Source of the DNA: the human T2T-CHM13v2.0 reference genome, Homo sapiens
NCBI RefSeq assembly: GCF_009914755.1
Contig: NC_060947.1
Direction: 5' to 3' (one strand)
Length of the DNA: 64,000 bases
This document shows, in pieces, positions 26,298-40,150 of the stretch. A model generated the notes under the pieces. It had not been told where the DNA came from, did no database searches, and saw only the letters and a program-made list of their open reading frames with translations. Position 1 is the first letter of the stretch. Every line of letters starts with the position of its first letter. The position numbers and the translations under genes are program-made.

Positions 26298-27725
26298 GAG
26301 ATATTTTTAAGTCAAATGTCTAATACAAAACCAGTTTGCGTTCTTTCAGCTTGTATTCATTTAAACCTGTAGTTGCCTTTCACCTATAATAGAACAACAT
26401 TACTAGCAGAACTGTATTTAGGTGACATTAAAGGTATGCAAAGGACGCCAACGTTTTAGTTTCATACAATAGACCAAAACCAGAAGCCTATGAGTCACCC
26501 ATTGGCTTACATGCAGTTAGACCTCTGTAGAGATTTTGAAGATAGATTTCCAAGCATATACATTATCAATACTTTTTAAACACACCCTGGTTTCTAGTGC
26601 TACAAGGAAACCAAAAGACAGTTAGAGGTCAGAACACTTTAAATCAGGTGAACCTATTAAAAAGTGGTTCAAAGTAGAAAGCAAACATTGTGTATACTTT
26701 TGCTAAAAATATAACCAACACACAAAAAAAGTTAAGAAACAAAAGGAATTTACAAAAAAATGTTTAATGCTTTAGCTTGAAACTACGTTCTGGATGTCCA
26801 ATAGGCTCCTGGAAATAGTCTGAAAACTATCTTTTAAGAAAACAGTTTATTGCATTTGTTTTTTCTCTATTGTGCAGAAGTGCAAAAGTGTTTCTTTGGG
26901 CTAGTTTACCCTTCTGTGGTTTTTAAGGTACAGTAATCATTTTCCCCAATTTTCACTTAAAGTGCTAATGTCAATATGAATACTGCCTTTTTACACTTGA
27001 AAGTATTCCCGTTTGTATAATTAATTATATGGTCACATTAGTTTTAAGCTATCACTATCATTCCTGATGTCAAAACGTGAAACCGTTATATATCATGAAC
27101 AGTGTGGCCAAAAAAAAAAGGAAATAGAGGGATAGGAAAATGGAAAGGACAGTAAGACATCTGGAGAAGCCAACCATTTGTTTCTAAAAGTAAGAGTTTT
27201 TGAGGGACAACTAGCAAATTTCAGTTCTTCCAGTCTTCGTGATGTTTAGGTATTCACATATTATAGGGATATATTAAATAATGTATATGTGCCTAGCATA
27301 TCAACCATTTCATCCATACACTGAAAATATTAGAGTTCAAGAATGTATTCACTTTCAGTTATAACCTAAATTCAATATCTGTGTCTTGTTCATGTTCCGT
27401 GTTGACCTTTTTCCATTTTCTCCGAGTGTGTAAACTACTGGATACTCTATTCATAACTATTTCCCCCAAAAAAATCTTTTGAATTTGTTACTTTTGGATT
27501 CGTTTTCCTTTTACTAGTGATTCGTATCTGTCTTTTATTCATTTCCTCTTTCCTTTCCCCTTAGGTTTATTCTATTGCTCTTTTTTTTTTATTTTTTATT
27601 CTTCTCCTTTATCATGTAATGTGTTATCTATTTTAATAAGATGTGCATTTAGGACTATAATCTTCCTAAGCATACAGTTGAGGCTTCTTCAATAGGCTCC
27701 TGGAAATAGACTGAAAACTGTCTTT

Positions 27726-27995
<270 letters not shown>

Positions 27996-30638
27996 GAAAA
28001 CTGTCTTTGTATGTAAATGGTCTAATGGAATGGTTCAGCAGTGTAGAGTCCAAACTTTTAGGTAATTTCTTCCCTAAATATGGAGTGCTCCCTTGAAATT
28101 CAGAAGCTCTTCTATTAACAGTCAGCAATTTGGAAAATATGTGTAAAAGATACTTATGTCGACTACTCACGAATTAGGACGTTATAGTCTTTGAACTGTA
28201 AGTCGTATCATCCGATGTCTCAAGGCAGAAACCTGTAATATGTAACCTCTGATATGGTTAGAGGTGATTCTATCATATGTGTCTTCAATCTAATCACACA
28301 CAGTAGCTCATGAAGACTGACAGAAGGGCAGGGAGCATGCTTAGCACAGGCATCTTACACCCACTTTGAGCGTCACTGACCTACATGCATGCTCCCTACT
28401 ACATCGGCCACAGAAACCTGACTGTCTCTTGCCATTTTATTATTCAGTCATTCAAGGGTTCACTGCGGGAAGGATTTAAAATACAATTATTCCTTAAGAA
28501 CCAGAGAATTCAAAATTTAACAAAATCCAAGAACAGTCATTTAGGTCTCCATACAGGAAAACAAACATCAAGCAGGGTGCCCACTCTTTTTCTTAGGAAC
28601 CATGAAATCTCAAATCAGATATTATAACTGGAGTGAAACTGTTATGAGAAACAAATAATATCTTTGTATTCTATCCAACAGAACATGAAAATACAGAAAT
28701 CAATCTTGAAACAGATTTTAATATATCTGATTTGCATTTACTATTTTCAATAGAAAAAGATGGATGTAGAATTTTTGGAATTCATCCAAAATCTCACAAA
28801 TTATGTTAGATCTTGTACTAGAACCTCCTTCAGTACTCAGCATATTTCACACAAAGTGGTATTACAAATGCATTATGTATTTGTTTAAAGCAGAAATTAG
28901 AAAATCTGAAAATTGTTGGCTATTGGCTATAGTCACAAGTAAGAAAATGCTTTCATATTTGATGATTCAGTATGGCTTTGACCCAATTTGTTTCTGTATC
29001 TGATAGTGTTTAAGTCTTCCAGTCAGGCATTTGGGGTCTGAACAACTTTTCAAAGAAAGCCTGCATTTGAATTGTGTTTTTAAAGGGGCAGTAATGTTCT
29101 CTCTTTTTATTATCAAAAGTATAATATTGTGAAAAACAGAAAGCACATAATTTTGCATCTTAATGGGTAGCATACCTCCTTCTGGCATTTTAAATTGCTC
29201 TGATTTTGGCAGAATTGTCCCCTGAACATCAGGACCATCTCCGCATTCATCCCCAGTCTTTGACTGAGACAGCTCTGGAGATCAGCTTCCAGGTCAGGCA
29301 CTGAAAAATACAGAGGTTCTTGATTGAAGCAGGCAAACAAGAAAGACAAATAAGGAAATGATAATACTATTTTCCTCAGTGTTATGAAATAAAAGCCTGT
29401 AGACTACTGTGGTAATAAATGTGATGTAAAGATGTCACATTTTTGTTTTCCTATATTATGGAATCTTATCTTAAATGATAATCTGAGGATAAATCACACC
29501 ACACCTACATTTCCCATACTTTACCATTGTGAATTATGAACAGTGAATATCGACTAAGAAATCTGAAGTCTGCCACATGGATAGAATTTTAATCCTAAAT
29601 GAAATGCAGTTTTCTGAAGGATTAGATCAACGTATTGGCCTGCCTATGAGACATCTTACAATTGTGACACCCATCCCTTGTTGAGGTAACTTGAAAATTA
29701 TTTAGATAAATTAACATTATGCTTAGGTCTAAGGGCCCCATATGTAACTTTACATAAATGAATCACATTTAGAATAATGTACCAAAAATAACAGGAAAAT
29801 CACTATCTTCCAGTAAGGGTACAGGAGGTTGAGTGCAAATAAATTAGTGGTCATTGTTGACAGTCATATTCTGGAAACCTCTTAACAGTGAATTGCTAAA
29901 ATAATCCATGGCCCAAATTCTGCCAGTGTTTAACGCAAAAATGCTATCTACTGAGTAAACAACTTCTGATTCAGGATAAACTTATGGTACTTTGAGTTTT
30001 CTAATTATGAAAGTGCTTCTACAACTTTTAAAAGCCCCTTCGAAATCATACTAATATAGCTACCTGTATGCCAGTGTCCTGAATTACCCACCTTTTGCCA
30101 AACATCCTGAAAAAATACAGAAGGATACCAATCAAAGAGTGGCTGTCATTTATTGAGCTCTTTTCTGGAGTTGCTATTCTGCTTCACTGAACTGTGTTTC
30201 GTCCTGAGCCAATACTGAAGTACTTTACAGTACACACACATTCGAATAGTAAGTATCTTAAGCAAAACCACTGACCTTTTCTTATTACAACATGGATAAC
30301 ACAAACCTTGGGACAAAATATGAATTCTGTCTCCATGAGTACAAAGGTTCTTGGTAAACCTCCATTTCAGAGCCTCAGTTTGCTTATTTATAAAATGGGG
30401 CTACCATCCTTACGCAAATGGGCTTTATTCAGGGTGTTATAAGGTAGGATGACTTGGCACTCCACATGCTGTTAAAGGGTGCTTACAGCACTGTTGACAC
30501 AATGGCTTAGAAGATTATACAACAACATTCTAAGAAGAACAAATTAAACTAATGGCACACTGCATATTTATGCATAAAATTAAACTGCTTCATCTGATTT
30601 AGCAAGGACTGTATTTTCAAGTACACAAAATATATTTC

Positions 30639-32734
30639 TTTTTTTTTATGTTTCCAAAATTTATTAATTAAATTTAGGTTTATTTTAGTAATAAAGTGTA
30701 AATAGCAAATGGCATTCCTTTTCATTATTGGGTTAGTAGATACTACGTTCAGTATCTTTTTCTTACACACATCTAATGAAAGATGTGAAAACAAAAACTT
30801 TCACAGTGAAGAGTATACTCATGCACCATTAATTCATCATGTCCCATAGCTTAAAAAATTCCCAAGAAGTGTATCCATCTCTTTTTTACTGGCGCTACAA
30901 TTTCTTCACTTTTGCCATCCTCATGGAACTGTCAGCCAGCACACTGGAAGGATTCTCTGAAAACAAAGGCATCATCAAGTTCTCTGGGTTTTGGTAGAGA
31001 TTGAAGGCCAACAGACCTCAGACTCATTTAGAAATATTTAGTTGAGGAATAACCCTTCATAAGCAGTCGCTTGACAGGCGACATTTTATTTTTTTTTTTA
31101 ATTTATTTTTTTATTGATAATTCTTGGGTGTTTCTCACAGAGGGGGATTTGGCAGGGTCATGGGACAATAGTGGAGGGAAGGTCAGCAGATAAACAAGTG
31201 AACAAAGGTCTCTGGTTTTCCTAGGCAGAGGACCCTGCGGCCTTCCGCAGTGTTTGTGTCCCTGATTACTTGAGATTAGGGATTGGTGATGACTCTTAAC
31301 GAGCATGCTGCCTTCAAGCATCTGTTTAACAAAGCACATCTTGCACCGCCCTTAATCCATTTAACCCTGAGTGGACACAGCACATGTTTCAGAGAGCACA
31401 GGGTTGGGGGTAAGGTCACAGATCAACAGGATCCCAAGGCAGAAGAATTTTTCTTAGTGCAGAACAAAATGAAAAGTCTCCCATGTCTACTTCTTTCTAC
31501 ACAGACACGGCAACCATCCGATTTCTCAATCTTTTCCCCACCTTTCCCGCCTTTCTATTCCACAAAACCACCATTGTCATCATGGCCCGTTCTCAATGAG
31601 CTGTTGGGTACACCTCCCAGACGGGGTGGTGGCCGGGCAGAGGGGCTCCTCACTTCCCAGTAGGGGAGGCCGGGCAGAGGCGCCCCTCACCTCCCGGACG
31701 GGGCGGCTGGCCGGGCGGGGGGCTGACCCCCCCACCTCCCTCCCGGACGGGGCGGCTGGCCAGGCGGGGGGGCTGACCCCCCCACCTCCCTCCCGGACGG
31801 GGCGGCTGGCCGGGCGGGGGGCTGACCCCCCCACCTCCCTCCCGGACGGGGCGGCTGGCCGGGCGGGGGGTGGACCCCCCCCCACCTCCCTCCCGGACGG
31901 GGTGGCTGCCGGGCGGAGACGCTCCTCACTTCCCAGATGGGGTGGCTGCCGGGCAGAGAGGCTCCTCACTTCTCAGACGGGGCAGCTGCCAGGCAGAGGG
32001 TCTCCTCACTTCTCAGATGGGGCGGCCAGGCAGAGACGCTCCTCACCTCCCAGATGGGGCGGCGGGGCAGAGGCGCTCCCCACATCTCAGACGATGGGCG
32101 GCCGGGCAGAGACGCTCCTCACTTCCTAGATGTGATGGCGGCTGGGAAGAGGCGCTCCTCACTTCCTAGATGGGATGGCGGCCGGGCAGAGACGCTCCTC
32201 ACTTTCCAGACTGGGCAGCCAGGCAGAGGGGCTCCTCACATCCCAGACGATGGGCGGCCAGGCAGAGACGCTCCTCACTTCCCAGACGGGGTGGCGGCCG
32301 GGCAGAGGCTGCAATCTCGGCACTTTGGGAGGCCAAGGCAGGCGGCTGGGAGGTGTAGGTTGTAGCAAGCCGAGATCACGCCACTGCACTCCAGCCTGGG
32401 CACCATTGAGCACTGAGTGAACGAGACTCCGTCTGCAATCCCAGCACCTCGGGAGGCCGAGGCTGGCGGATCACTCGCGGTTAGAGGCTGGAGACCAGCC
32501 CGGCCAACACAGCGAAACGCCGTCTCCACCAAAACCAGTCAGGCGTGGCGGCGCGTGCCTGCAATCGCAGGCACTCGGCAGGCTGAGGCAGGAGAATCAG
32601 GCAGGGAGGTTGCAGTGAGCCGAGATGGCAGCAGTACAGTCCAGCTTCGGCTCCGCATGAGAGGGAGACCGTGGAAAGAGAGGGAGACCGTGGGGAGAGG
32701 GAGAGGGAGATGGAGAGGGAGAGGGAGAGGGAGG
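30639..32734 (-). mobile_element. SVA retrotransposon (young type): hexamer, Alu-like, VNTR, SINE-R, polyA, plus 3' transduction (30648-31081)
   Basis: (CCCTCT)n ~32693-32733, GC-rich VNTR ~31610-32310, SINE-R ~31115-31600, T-rich tail ~31084-31115. Perfect 15-bp TSD cacaaaatatatttc at 30624-30638 and 32735-32749. Confidence 0.95.
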
Positions 32735-33042
32735 CACAAAATATATTTCAAAGTTAGGAGAAGATTCCTTATATCCAGGGACTGCATGAAGCTGTAAACT
32801 GTACTCTTCACTTTTCCAGCCAACTTTCAGCAAATGTTTGCGATCCTTTCCTAATGTTTTCTTTCCTCCTGTTACCGGTCATGGCATAATGCATGATGCA
32901 CACATAGGCCTCCTCCCCCCATAGACGTTCTTTCTTTCCCTTCCCACCACCTTGAATATCAGCTGCACCCTGATCTTCCCTCTTCTGACCAGGTGTAGGA
33001 TCCCGACTTTCAGTTGGTGGTTCCTCTCGAGGCTCCTCATCA

Positions 33043-33462
<420 letters not shown>

Positions 33463-33655
33463 CTATTCCACATACTTATTATTCATAAAGTTATTCTTCC
33501 CACAGAGAGGTTACTCTAAGACAGTTACACTCAAGGGCTTTGGAAGGCAGTTTAATCTATGTTGGGATGGATGTGTGCAATCTGTTATGAATAAGCATAC
33601 GGAGGAAGTCATGGGCAAAATCTGGGGAATCCATCCAGGCAAAATCAGAATGTAG

Positions 33656-33935
33656 GCTGGGCACAGTGGCTCAGGCCTGTAATCCCAGCACTTTGGGAGG
33701 CTGAGGCAGGCGGATTGCCTGAGCTCAGGGGTTCAAGACCAGCCTGGGCAACATGATGAAACTCCGTCTCTATTAAAATACAAAAAGAAATTAGCTGGGC
33801 GAGGCGGCGTGCACCTGTAGTCCCAGCTACTCGGGAGGCTGAGGCAGCAGAATTGCTTGAGCCCAGGAGACGGAGGTTGCAGTGAGCCGAGCCTGGGTGA
33901 CAGAGCAAGACTCCGTCTCCAAAAAAAACACACAC
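33656..33935 (+). mobile_element. AluS
   Basis: Dimer with a small right-arm deletion. Confidence 0.88.
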
Positions 33936-34559
33936 AACGTAATCCTCTTGGACCAGTCTTTCCTTCATGAGATGCCATGATCATTTTTTATCAGCTCGGA
34001 AGACCTTTAACAGTGTATGCATACTAGTTCAATGACACTATCACAAAAAAAAATAATTTCTGCTAATAGAAAACAACGAATGTTAAAGCACTCACGCATA
34101 CTCCCAATCAGCTCAGGAGGTTGTAAACTTCGTCTTGGTCTAGGCCTACATGTTGATCTTCCTCGCCAAATTATATTTCACTCTGCAAAGAGAATACAGA
34201 ACACTGTGATTGGGAAATGGCACTTGAGAGGATAGCTATATTTGAGCACTTCCATGGCCAAATGTTAACGTGTCACTTTTTTAAAGTTTGGAAATACTTT
34301 GAAGGTAAGTCCCAGGGCAAGTATAAGTTTGTGTGTCTTCTGAATAGAATGCTTGCACAATCACTTAAGGTGGTCAAGCTATCAATGTCTTAAGGCTCCT
34401 GGCAAGAGATACTGGATATCTCTGATGTGGTTTGGTTTCACAGCTGGAATTTCCATCATGGAGACATGTAGGAAAATAGAACTAGAGAATTAAACTGGGA
34501 GTGACCACAGTGTTTGTCACATACCCATTTCCTGGTCCCAGTTCCTCCCTAAAATCAAG

Positions 34560-35230
34560 TTTTGCTCGACCACAAAGCCCCGTCCATTCAAACCTCATGG
34601 AGTTGAGAAGTTGCAACACAGCACTGGGTGCTCCTCACTGGACACCTGTGCCTGGCATTCTACAGACCTCGGGGCTGAAGTCACCAACCCGCAGCCTTCC
34701 CAGTTCCCAGGCCCCTTCCTTGCCACCCACGCCGTCCCTGCCTGGGTCCCCCCTGGGGAGTCTACAATCTGTCCTCTTTTGGGGGCTTGAGGCATTTCTG
34801 GGACTCAGATACCTCCAACAGCTCCCCCAGTATGCACCCCATCATAACCCAGTCCCCCCCATGCCGAGGCCCTCCTTCCTCCCCAGTTGTGGCCCCGACA
34901 AAAAAGAAGGCCCATGGCTGCAGTGCCACATATAAAGAATGAAGACCTCGAGGCCCTTCTCCCTCTGAGTCTCCCTCCCACCGGTGACCCTCCAGAAGCC
35001 CACTGGCTCCTCCTCACCCTCACTCACACTTCAACTCCCAGTTGGATTGGCCTGTGGACCTACCTGCTGCATCTCAGTAGGAGAGAAAGAATCTAGACCT
35101 TAGGAACTTGGCCTCACAGCTCCAAGGCATTCACCACGAGGGCGAAGGGGTAGAGTAGAAGACGCCCAGTGAACATGTGCACTGAGGTGGGCGCCCAAAT
35201 AGCATGCGCAGTGAGATGTGCGCTAGCCTT
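34560..35230 (-). promoter_or_regulatory. Promoter/exon-1 region of the XAGE pseudogene
   Basis: Paralogous to 16130-16800. TGCGCATGC is retained at 35202-35210 and the donor CAG|GTAGGT at 35063. Confidence 0.55.
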
Positions 35231-35771
35231 AAGGGCTGTGGTGTCCCTCCTTCTCCCCCCTCCCCCTGCTCTTTCCTCCATCCCTTCCTAGGACCCCACT
35301 AAGGACTTTGGAATCCATCCTCCCTGTGTGTTTTTTTATGCCTCTGAGACTCAAATACCCCAATATCACCATTCAAAACTCACTCCGTGTTCACCTGACC
35401 CTCCTCCCCTCTATGGCCCTTGTTCCTCCCTTTTCCAGGCCCCTCAAGGGAGCAAGTGCATGGTGGTGTCGCTGACTTCTAGTAGGAGGATGAGGCTCTC
35501 TGTCAGGCCACGGACCAAGTGGCCCAACCCATGGGAAGTCTGCCCACTTTCCCTCACACTCACTCACACTTCAACTTCTGGGAGGACTGATCTGTGGACC
35601 CACCTGATGTGTCATAGTCAGCAAGAAAGAAGTCACAACATTTCCTCCCACAGCTCTGCAGGGACAGAAGGCAGACAGCAAGACCCACAGGCAGCAGGAA
35701 CTTGCATAGGAAGGAACATGCACATTGAGCCAGGGACTTTCAGGGACAGCCAGAGTTTCCTCACTGTCACC

Positions 35772-38700
35772 ATGATAGCAGCAGCTGCTGCCATCACACT
35801 GGCTGCAGCAGGGAGGCCCAGCCAGGGCTGCACGCTCTGTGGAGGCAGCAGGAGCCAGGGACAAGTGGGATCCCCATCTTTTACGAGTTGGGGAGGGAGC
35901 TCCTGGGTGCACCTGCAGCTGCCCAAACAGCAGCTGTAGACCCAGACCTCTAGCTCCATGGAGCAGGCATATTGTGGCTACAGATCCAAGCCTCCCTGTC
36001 CTCTTGGGGGGACTGTGAGCAGGCAGGATCCCTGCCCTCCTGGGTGCAGCTGCAGCCAAGCGATCTATGGCTGCAGACCCAGGAGCTGGGGACAGGTGGG
36101 AGCCCCACCCCTTCAGAGTTGGTGGGTTGGGAGCTCCCCAGGAGCAGCTGCAACTGCCCTCCCAGGTGCAAGACCCAGGCGTGTCTGCAGCCTGCACTCT
36201 CTGAAGCCCAGGAAGGCCCCCACTGTCCCTGCAGACTTGGAAGTGTCAGCACCCACTGCCTGATCTCTCCCTGCTCTCAGCACCCACTCTGATTTCAGAG
36301 CAGGTTGGGAGCTGAGCCCCTGCACTGTCACAGCTCAGCCAAGTGTGCACATGGCCAGGCCAGCACTGGCATGCCAGCCCCCTGCCACCTCAGACACTCC
36401 AGCATTTGATTTTTGAGGAACATGAGAGGGGAAGCCAAGGAGGTGCTGAGGGCAGCTGGGCGGAGGCCTGCAGGTGCCCCTTGGTGTGAGCAGCCTGGGC
36501 ACCATAGACTGCAGTGGGAGGCAGACCGGCTCCAGAGCAGAAGGGGGCAGTCCCTGGTAAGGACCCACCTTCAGACCAGGGACTGGCCAGGCAGCCAATC
36601 CCAGAGACCAGAGTGTGGACTTGTGGTGCCTTTTCTGGGCCGATCCATGGCCACCCATGGACCAATGTACATGCACTTTCTCCCCTCCGAGGTCCGTAAA
36701 TGCCTGGGACTCAGCCAGAGCAGGGCAAAGGATGGAGAGACAATGGGACGACCAGCTGCAGAGAGGAGCTACCCTCTCCAGTGCCTCCTCCCTGCTAAGA
36801 GCTGCAGACATTGGAAAGACCTGCCTGCAAAGAGGAGCCACACTCTTCAGGGCCTCCTCTCTGCTGAGAGCTGAACACTTGAGTGAACAACCTGCCTACA
36901 GAGGAACTACCCACTGCGGATCTCCTCTGAGCTGTTCTAACACTCAATAAAGCTCCTCTATGTCTTGTTTTTTTAAAAAGTGAACATACAATTTACTTAA
37001 CATTCAAACTTCGTTAAGACATGTGCAATATGGCAATTTTACTGGGGATTAAACCCTACCTAGGATGATTGCTTGCCGGAGCTTAGCAACAGGGTCCAGT
37101 TCACACTTAGCACTAATTAAATATTTTACTGAATAAATATAATACCAAACAAAATGCATTCAAATGCTTCCTAAAAAAAATTTTAAAGTCCTTTCTACTC
37201 AGGCTAATGACAAACACAATAAAGGCAGATATGCTAGTTTAACATAATTGGCTGATTTTATACAGCACTTATATCTTTTAGTCCACAAGTATATTATTAA
37301 ATCATGGAGAACATCAAATACAACCATTTCTACAGAACTAGGAAATAAATTTCTAAGAAAGAAAGATTTTACAGACCCCATCTTTTATACCCACCCCAAC
37401 AGTCTAACTCTAAAGAGGATGAAGCCAATGACTTTCCTCACAAGAGCTCAAGACTAATGTAGCTTTGCTATCAAAATCTATATTTCTGATCCATTATGAG
37501 CATTGAGACAAGATCCAAATAGTCCCAAAGAAAGAACCACAATGCATATTGTCATTGCCTATTCAGCAACAGCAAACACTGCATCCAAAACTCTCATCCC
37601 AGAAATTAAATAAGGTCAGCCACATTCATGGGCATCTCCTTTACTGTAGTATTGTAGAAAGTCTCAATGTCATGAAGAATCCTCTTGTCTTCTTCAGTAA
37701 CAAAGTTTGTAGCCACACCTTTCCTCCCAAATAGACCCCCTCTGCCAATTCTGTGAATATAGTTTCACGATTGGTAGGTAGATCATAATTTATAACCAAA
37801 GACAGTTGTTGCACATCAATCCCACGAGCCAACAAGTCACTAGTGATCAGAACACGGCTTGACCCTGATCAGAATTCCCTCATGATAACATCTCTCTCCT
37901 TCTGGTCCATGTCACCATGCAGAGCAGAAACTGAAGTCTCTGGCATGCATTTTCTCAGTCAGCCAGTCCACTTTGGGCCTTGAGAAAAATAACAGCCTGC
38001 GTAATGGTCGGTGTCTCATACAAGTCACAAAGTGTATCCAACTTCCATTCTTCTCTCTCAACATTAATATAAAACTGTTTGATTCCTTCAAGGGTCAATT
38101 ATTCCTTTTTCACCAGAATTCAAATTGGATCTCTCATGAATTTTTTGGTCACTTCCAACACATCAGTTGGCATTGTGGCAGAAAGCAACACAACCTGAAT
38201 ACTTGTATTTAGTTTTTGGAAAATCTCATAGATTTCATCCTTAAACCCATGGCTCAACATTTCATCTGCTTCATCCAAAACAAGCATTTTGATCCATTTT
38301 GGAAAAAGATATCTTCTGTTTAACATATCAAACACTCTCCCAAGTGTACCAACAACAATATGTGGTGCTTCAGCCTGCAGTTTTTGCATTTCAGTTTGAA
38401 CATTTGTTCCACCAATGCAGGCATGACAAGTTGCTCCCATATAGTCTCCAAGTGCCAGAATTACCTTTTGGATCTGTGGAGCCAGTTCTCTGGTGGGGGC
38501 CAGCATTAGTGCTTGGGTCTCCAACTGTTGCAGGATGGAAATAGCAAATGTGGCTGTCTTGCCAGTACCTGACTGAGCTTGAGCAATCACATCATACCCT
38601 TTCATACAGGTAATAATAGCTCTCTGCTGAATAGCAGAAGACTTCTCAAAATCGTAAGCATAGATGCCCCAAAGAAGAGACTCCTTTAAATTCATATCAT

Positions 38701-38975
38701 CAAAGTTATCAACGATCTCATTACAGTTGCTCTCAATGGCACCATCAGGGTCCATTCCCTCTGGGCTGCCACGTTCTCTGTTATAATCCATGGAGCCACC
38801 AGACATGATCCAAAAAACCACTCAGTGCCCGACTGAAAAGTCCTCTTTGTCTTGTTTACCCTCCACTTGTCTGTGTACCTTATACTTCCTGGATGCAGGA
38901 CAAGAACTTGAACAAAGGTGCCACCAGCCACAGAGGTTTCCAGCCAGAAAATCGACACCCCAAAGATCCCATAAC
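35772..38975 (+). mobile_element. MER52-like ERV1 LTR (35772-36970 + 38858-38975), split by the EIF4A2 retrocopy
   Basis: Long GC-rich LTR with AATAAA at ~36946 and a ...CCCATAACA terminus. XAGE upstream homology resumes after it. Confidence 0.72.
36971..38840 (-). pseudogene. EIF4A2P4: Processed pseudogene of EIF4A2 (DEAD-box helicase eIF4A-II), full length
   Basis: Intronless; ATG at 38806 (MSGGS.DYNRE...), [15 protein letters not shown] and SAT motifs, ...NVADLI* at 37606. Premature TGA at 38120, in-frame deletion and frameshifts. 3' UTR, short A tail and 17-bp TSD. Parent gene is certain; the pseudogene number is from recall. Confidence 0.93.
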
Positions 38976-39667
38976 ACCTGTATCCGCATCCACAGGGCAT
39001 TTTTTAGTAAAAAGAAAGGGACTTAAGAGAGCTTTTGTTTCTTTGCCCAAACAATCTCCTGCATCAAGAAACACTGGAAACACACAGTCCCATGTCACCC
39101 TTAGTGGAGGATGTATTTCTTTTGTGACAGAAATAAGGAATTTTATGTCTGTATTTATACGTGCTTTTTCCTAAGGATGTTGTTCTGTTGCCAAGGCTGG
39201 AGGGCAGTGGCACAACTCCTGGGCTCAAACAATCCTCATCCTGCAGCCTCCCAAGTGGGTGGTACTACAGGTGTGGACACAACACCTGAGCAATTGATTC
39301 ATTTATTTTTTAGAGAGTGGTCTCACTATGTTGTTCATGCTGGTCTCAAATTCTTGGGCTCAAGTGATCTTCCCACCTTGGCCAATTTTTATACATGCTT
39401 TGATTAATCACTTTTTTCTGTGATTCTGGGTTTTATGCCATGCTTCCAGTGAATGTAACAATAAAAGATCTTACAGGGCAATAATCCTACTGCACTTCTA
39501 GTCAGACTAACAATTATTACACTTCAGCTTTTACGTCACCATTATGCTTAAATGACATATTGACCAAGACATAGAATGAAAGATTCTGAGATTTTGACAT
39601 TATTAACAAATCAACTTGAGAAATACACAATTGTGGACTACCAGGAAAATTATTGCCTTGAAACTCA

Positions 39668-40150
39668 TGTAGGATAGGCGAGCCCCAAAGTTGGAGCTTA
39701 TTCCAGGGGGGTTCTTGGCTTTGCCTCGGAGAGAATTTAAGCATGAGCTGGTGGTGTTAGACAGCAATACTTTTATAGAACAGTACGGCTCCTTTCTGAA
39801 CAGGGCTAACCTACAGGCAGTGCGCCAGGAGGCAGCAACCTATGGGCTCTTGACAACTGTATTTATACTCATTTATACCCACTTTCAGTTCCATGTAAAT
39901 GAAGGGGTAGGTTAATGCAAATTGAAGGGCGAGTTATTTAGAACTGTCTAGTAATGCAGGGGGGCAGGGGAGGGTGAACTTCTGGTTCATTGCCATGGCG
40001 GTTGTAAACTGTCATGGTGCTGGTGACAGTGTCATGTGCTAGTGAACAATGAAGTCAGCTAGAGATTCCTCAATCATCCACGGTCATCTCTGTCTGCGGG
40101 TTCATGAGGGTTTCTTCACTCTATCCTGTGAGGACCGTGAATTAAGTCCT
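39668..40150. mobile_element. ERV LTR-like element (related fragment at ~44110-44320)
   Basis: TGTAGGATAGGCGAGCCCC start; shares aacttctggttcattgccatggc..taaactgtcatg with 44112-44150. Confidence 0.5.

Noticed and set aside
31103-32833. Cluster of overlapping GC-rich ORFs
   Set aside because: SVA SINE-R/VNTR/Alu-like sequence; stop-poor because of composition.
35328-36950. Several 100-208 aa ORFs on both strands
   Set aside because: They lie in a GC-rich MER52-like LTR and the pseudogene promoter; no recognisable protein.
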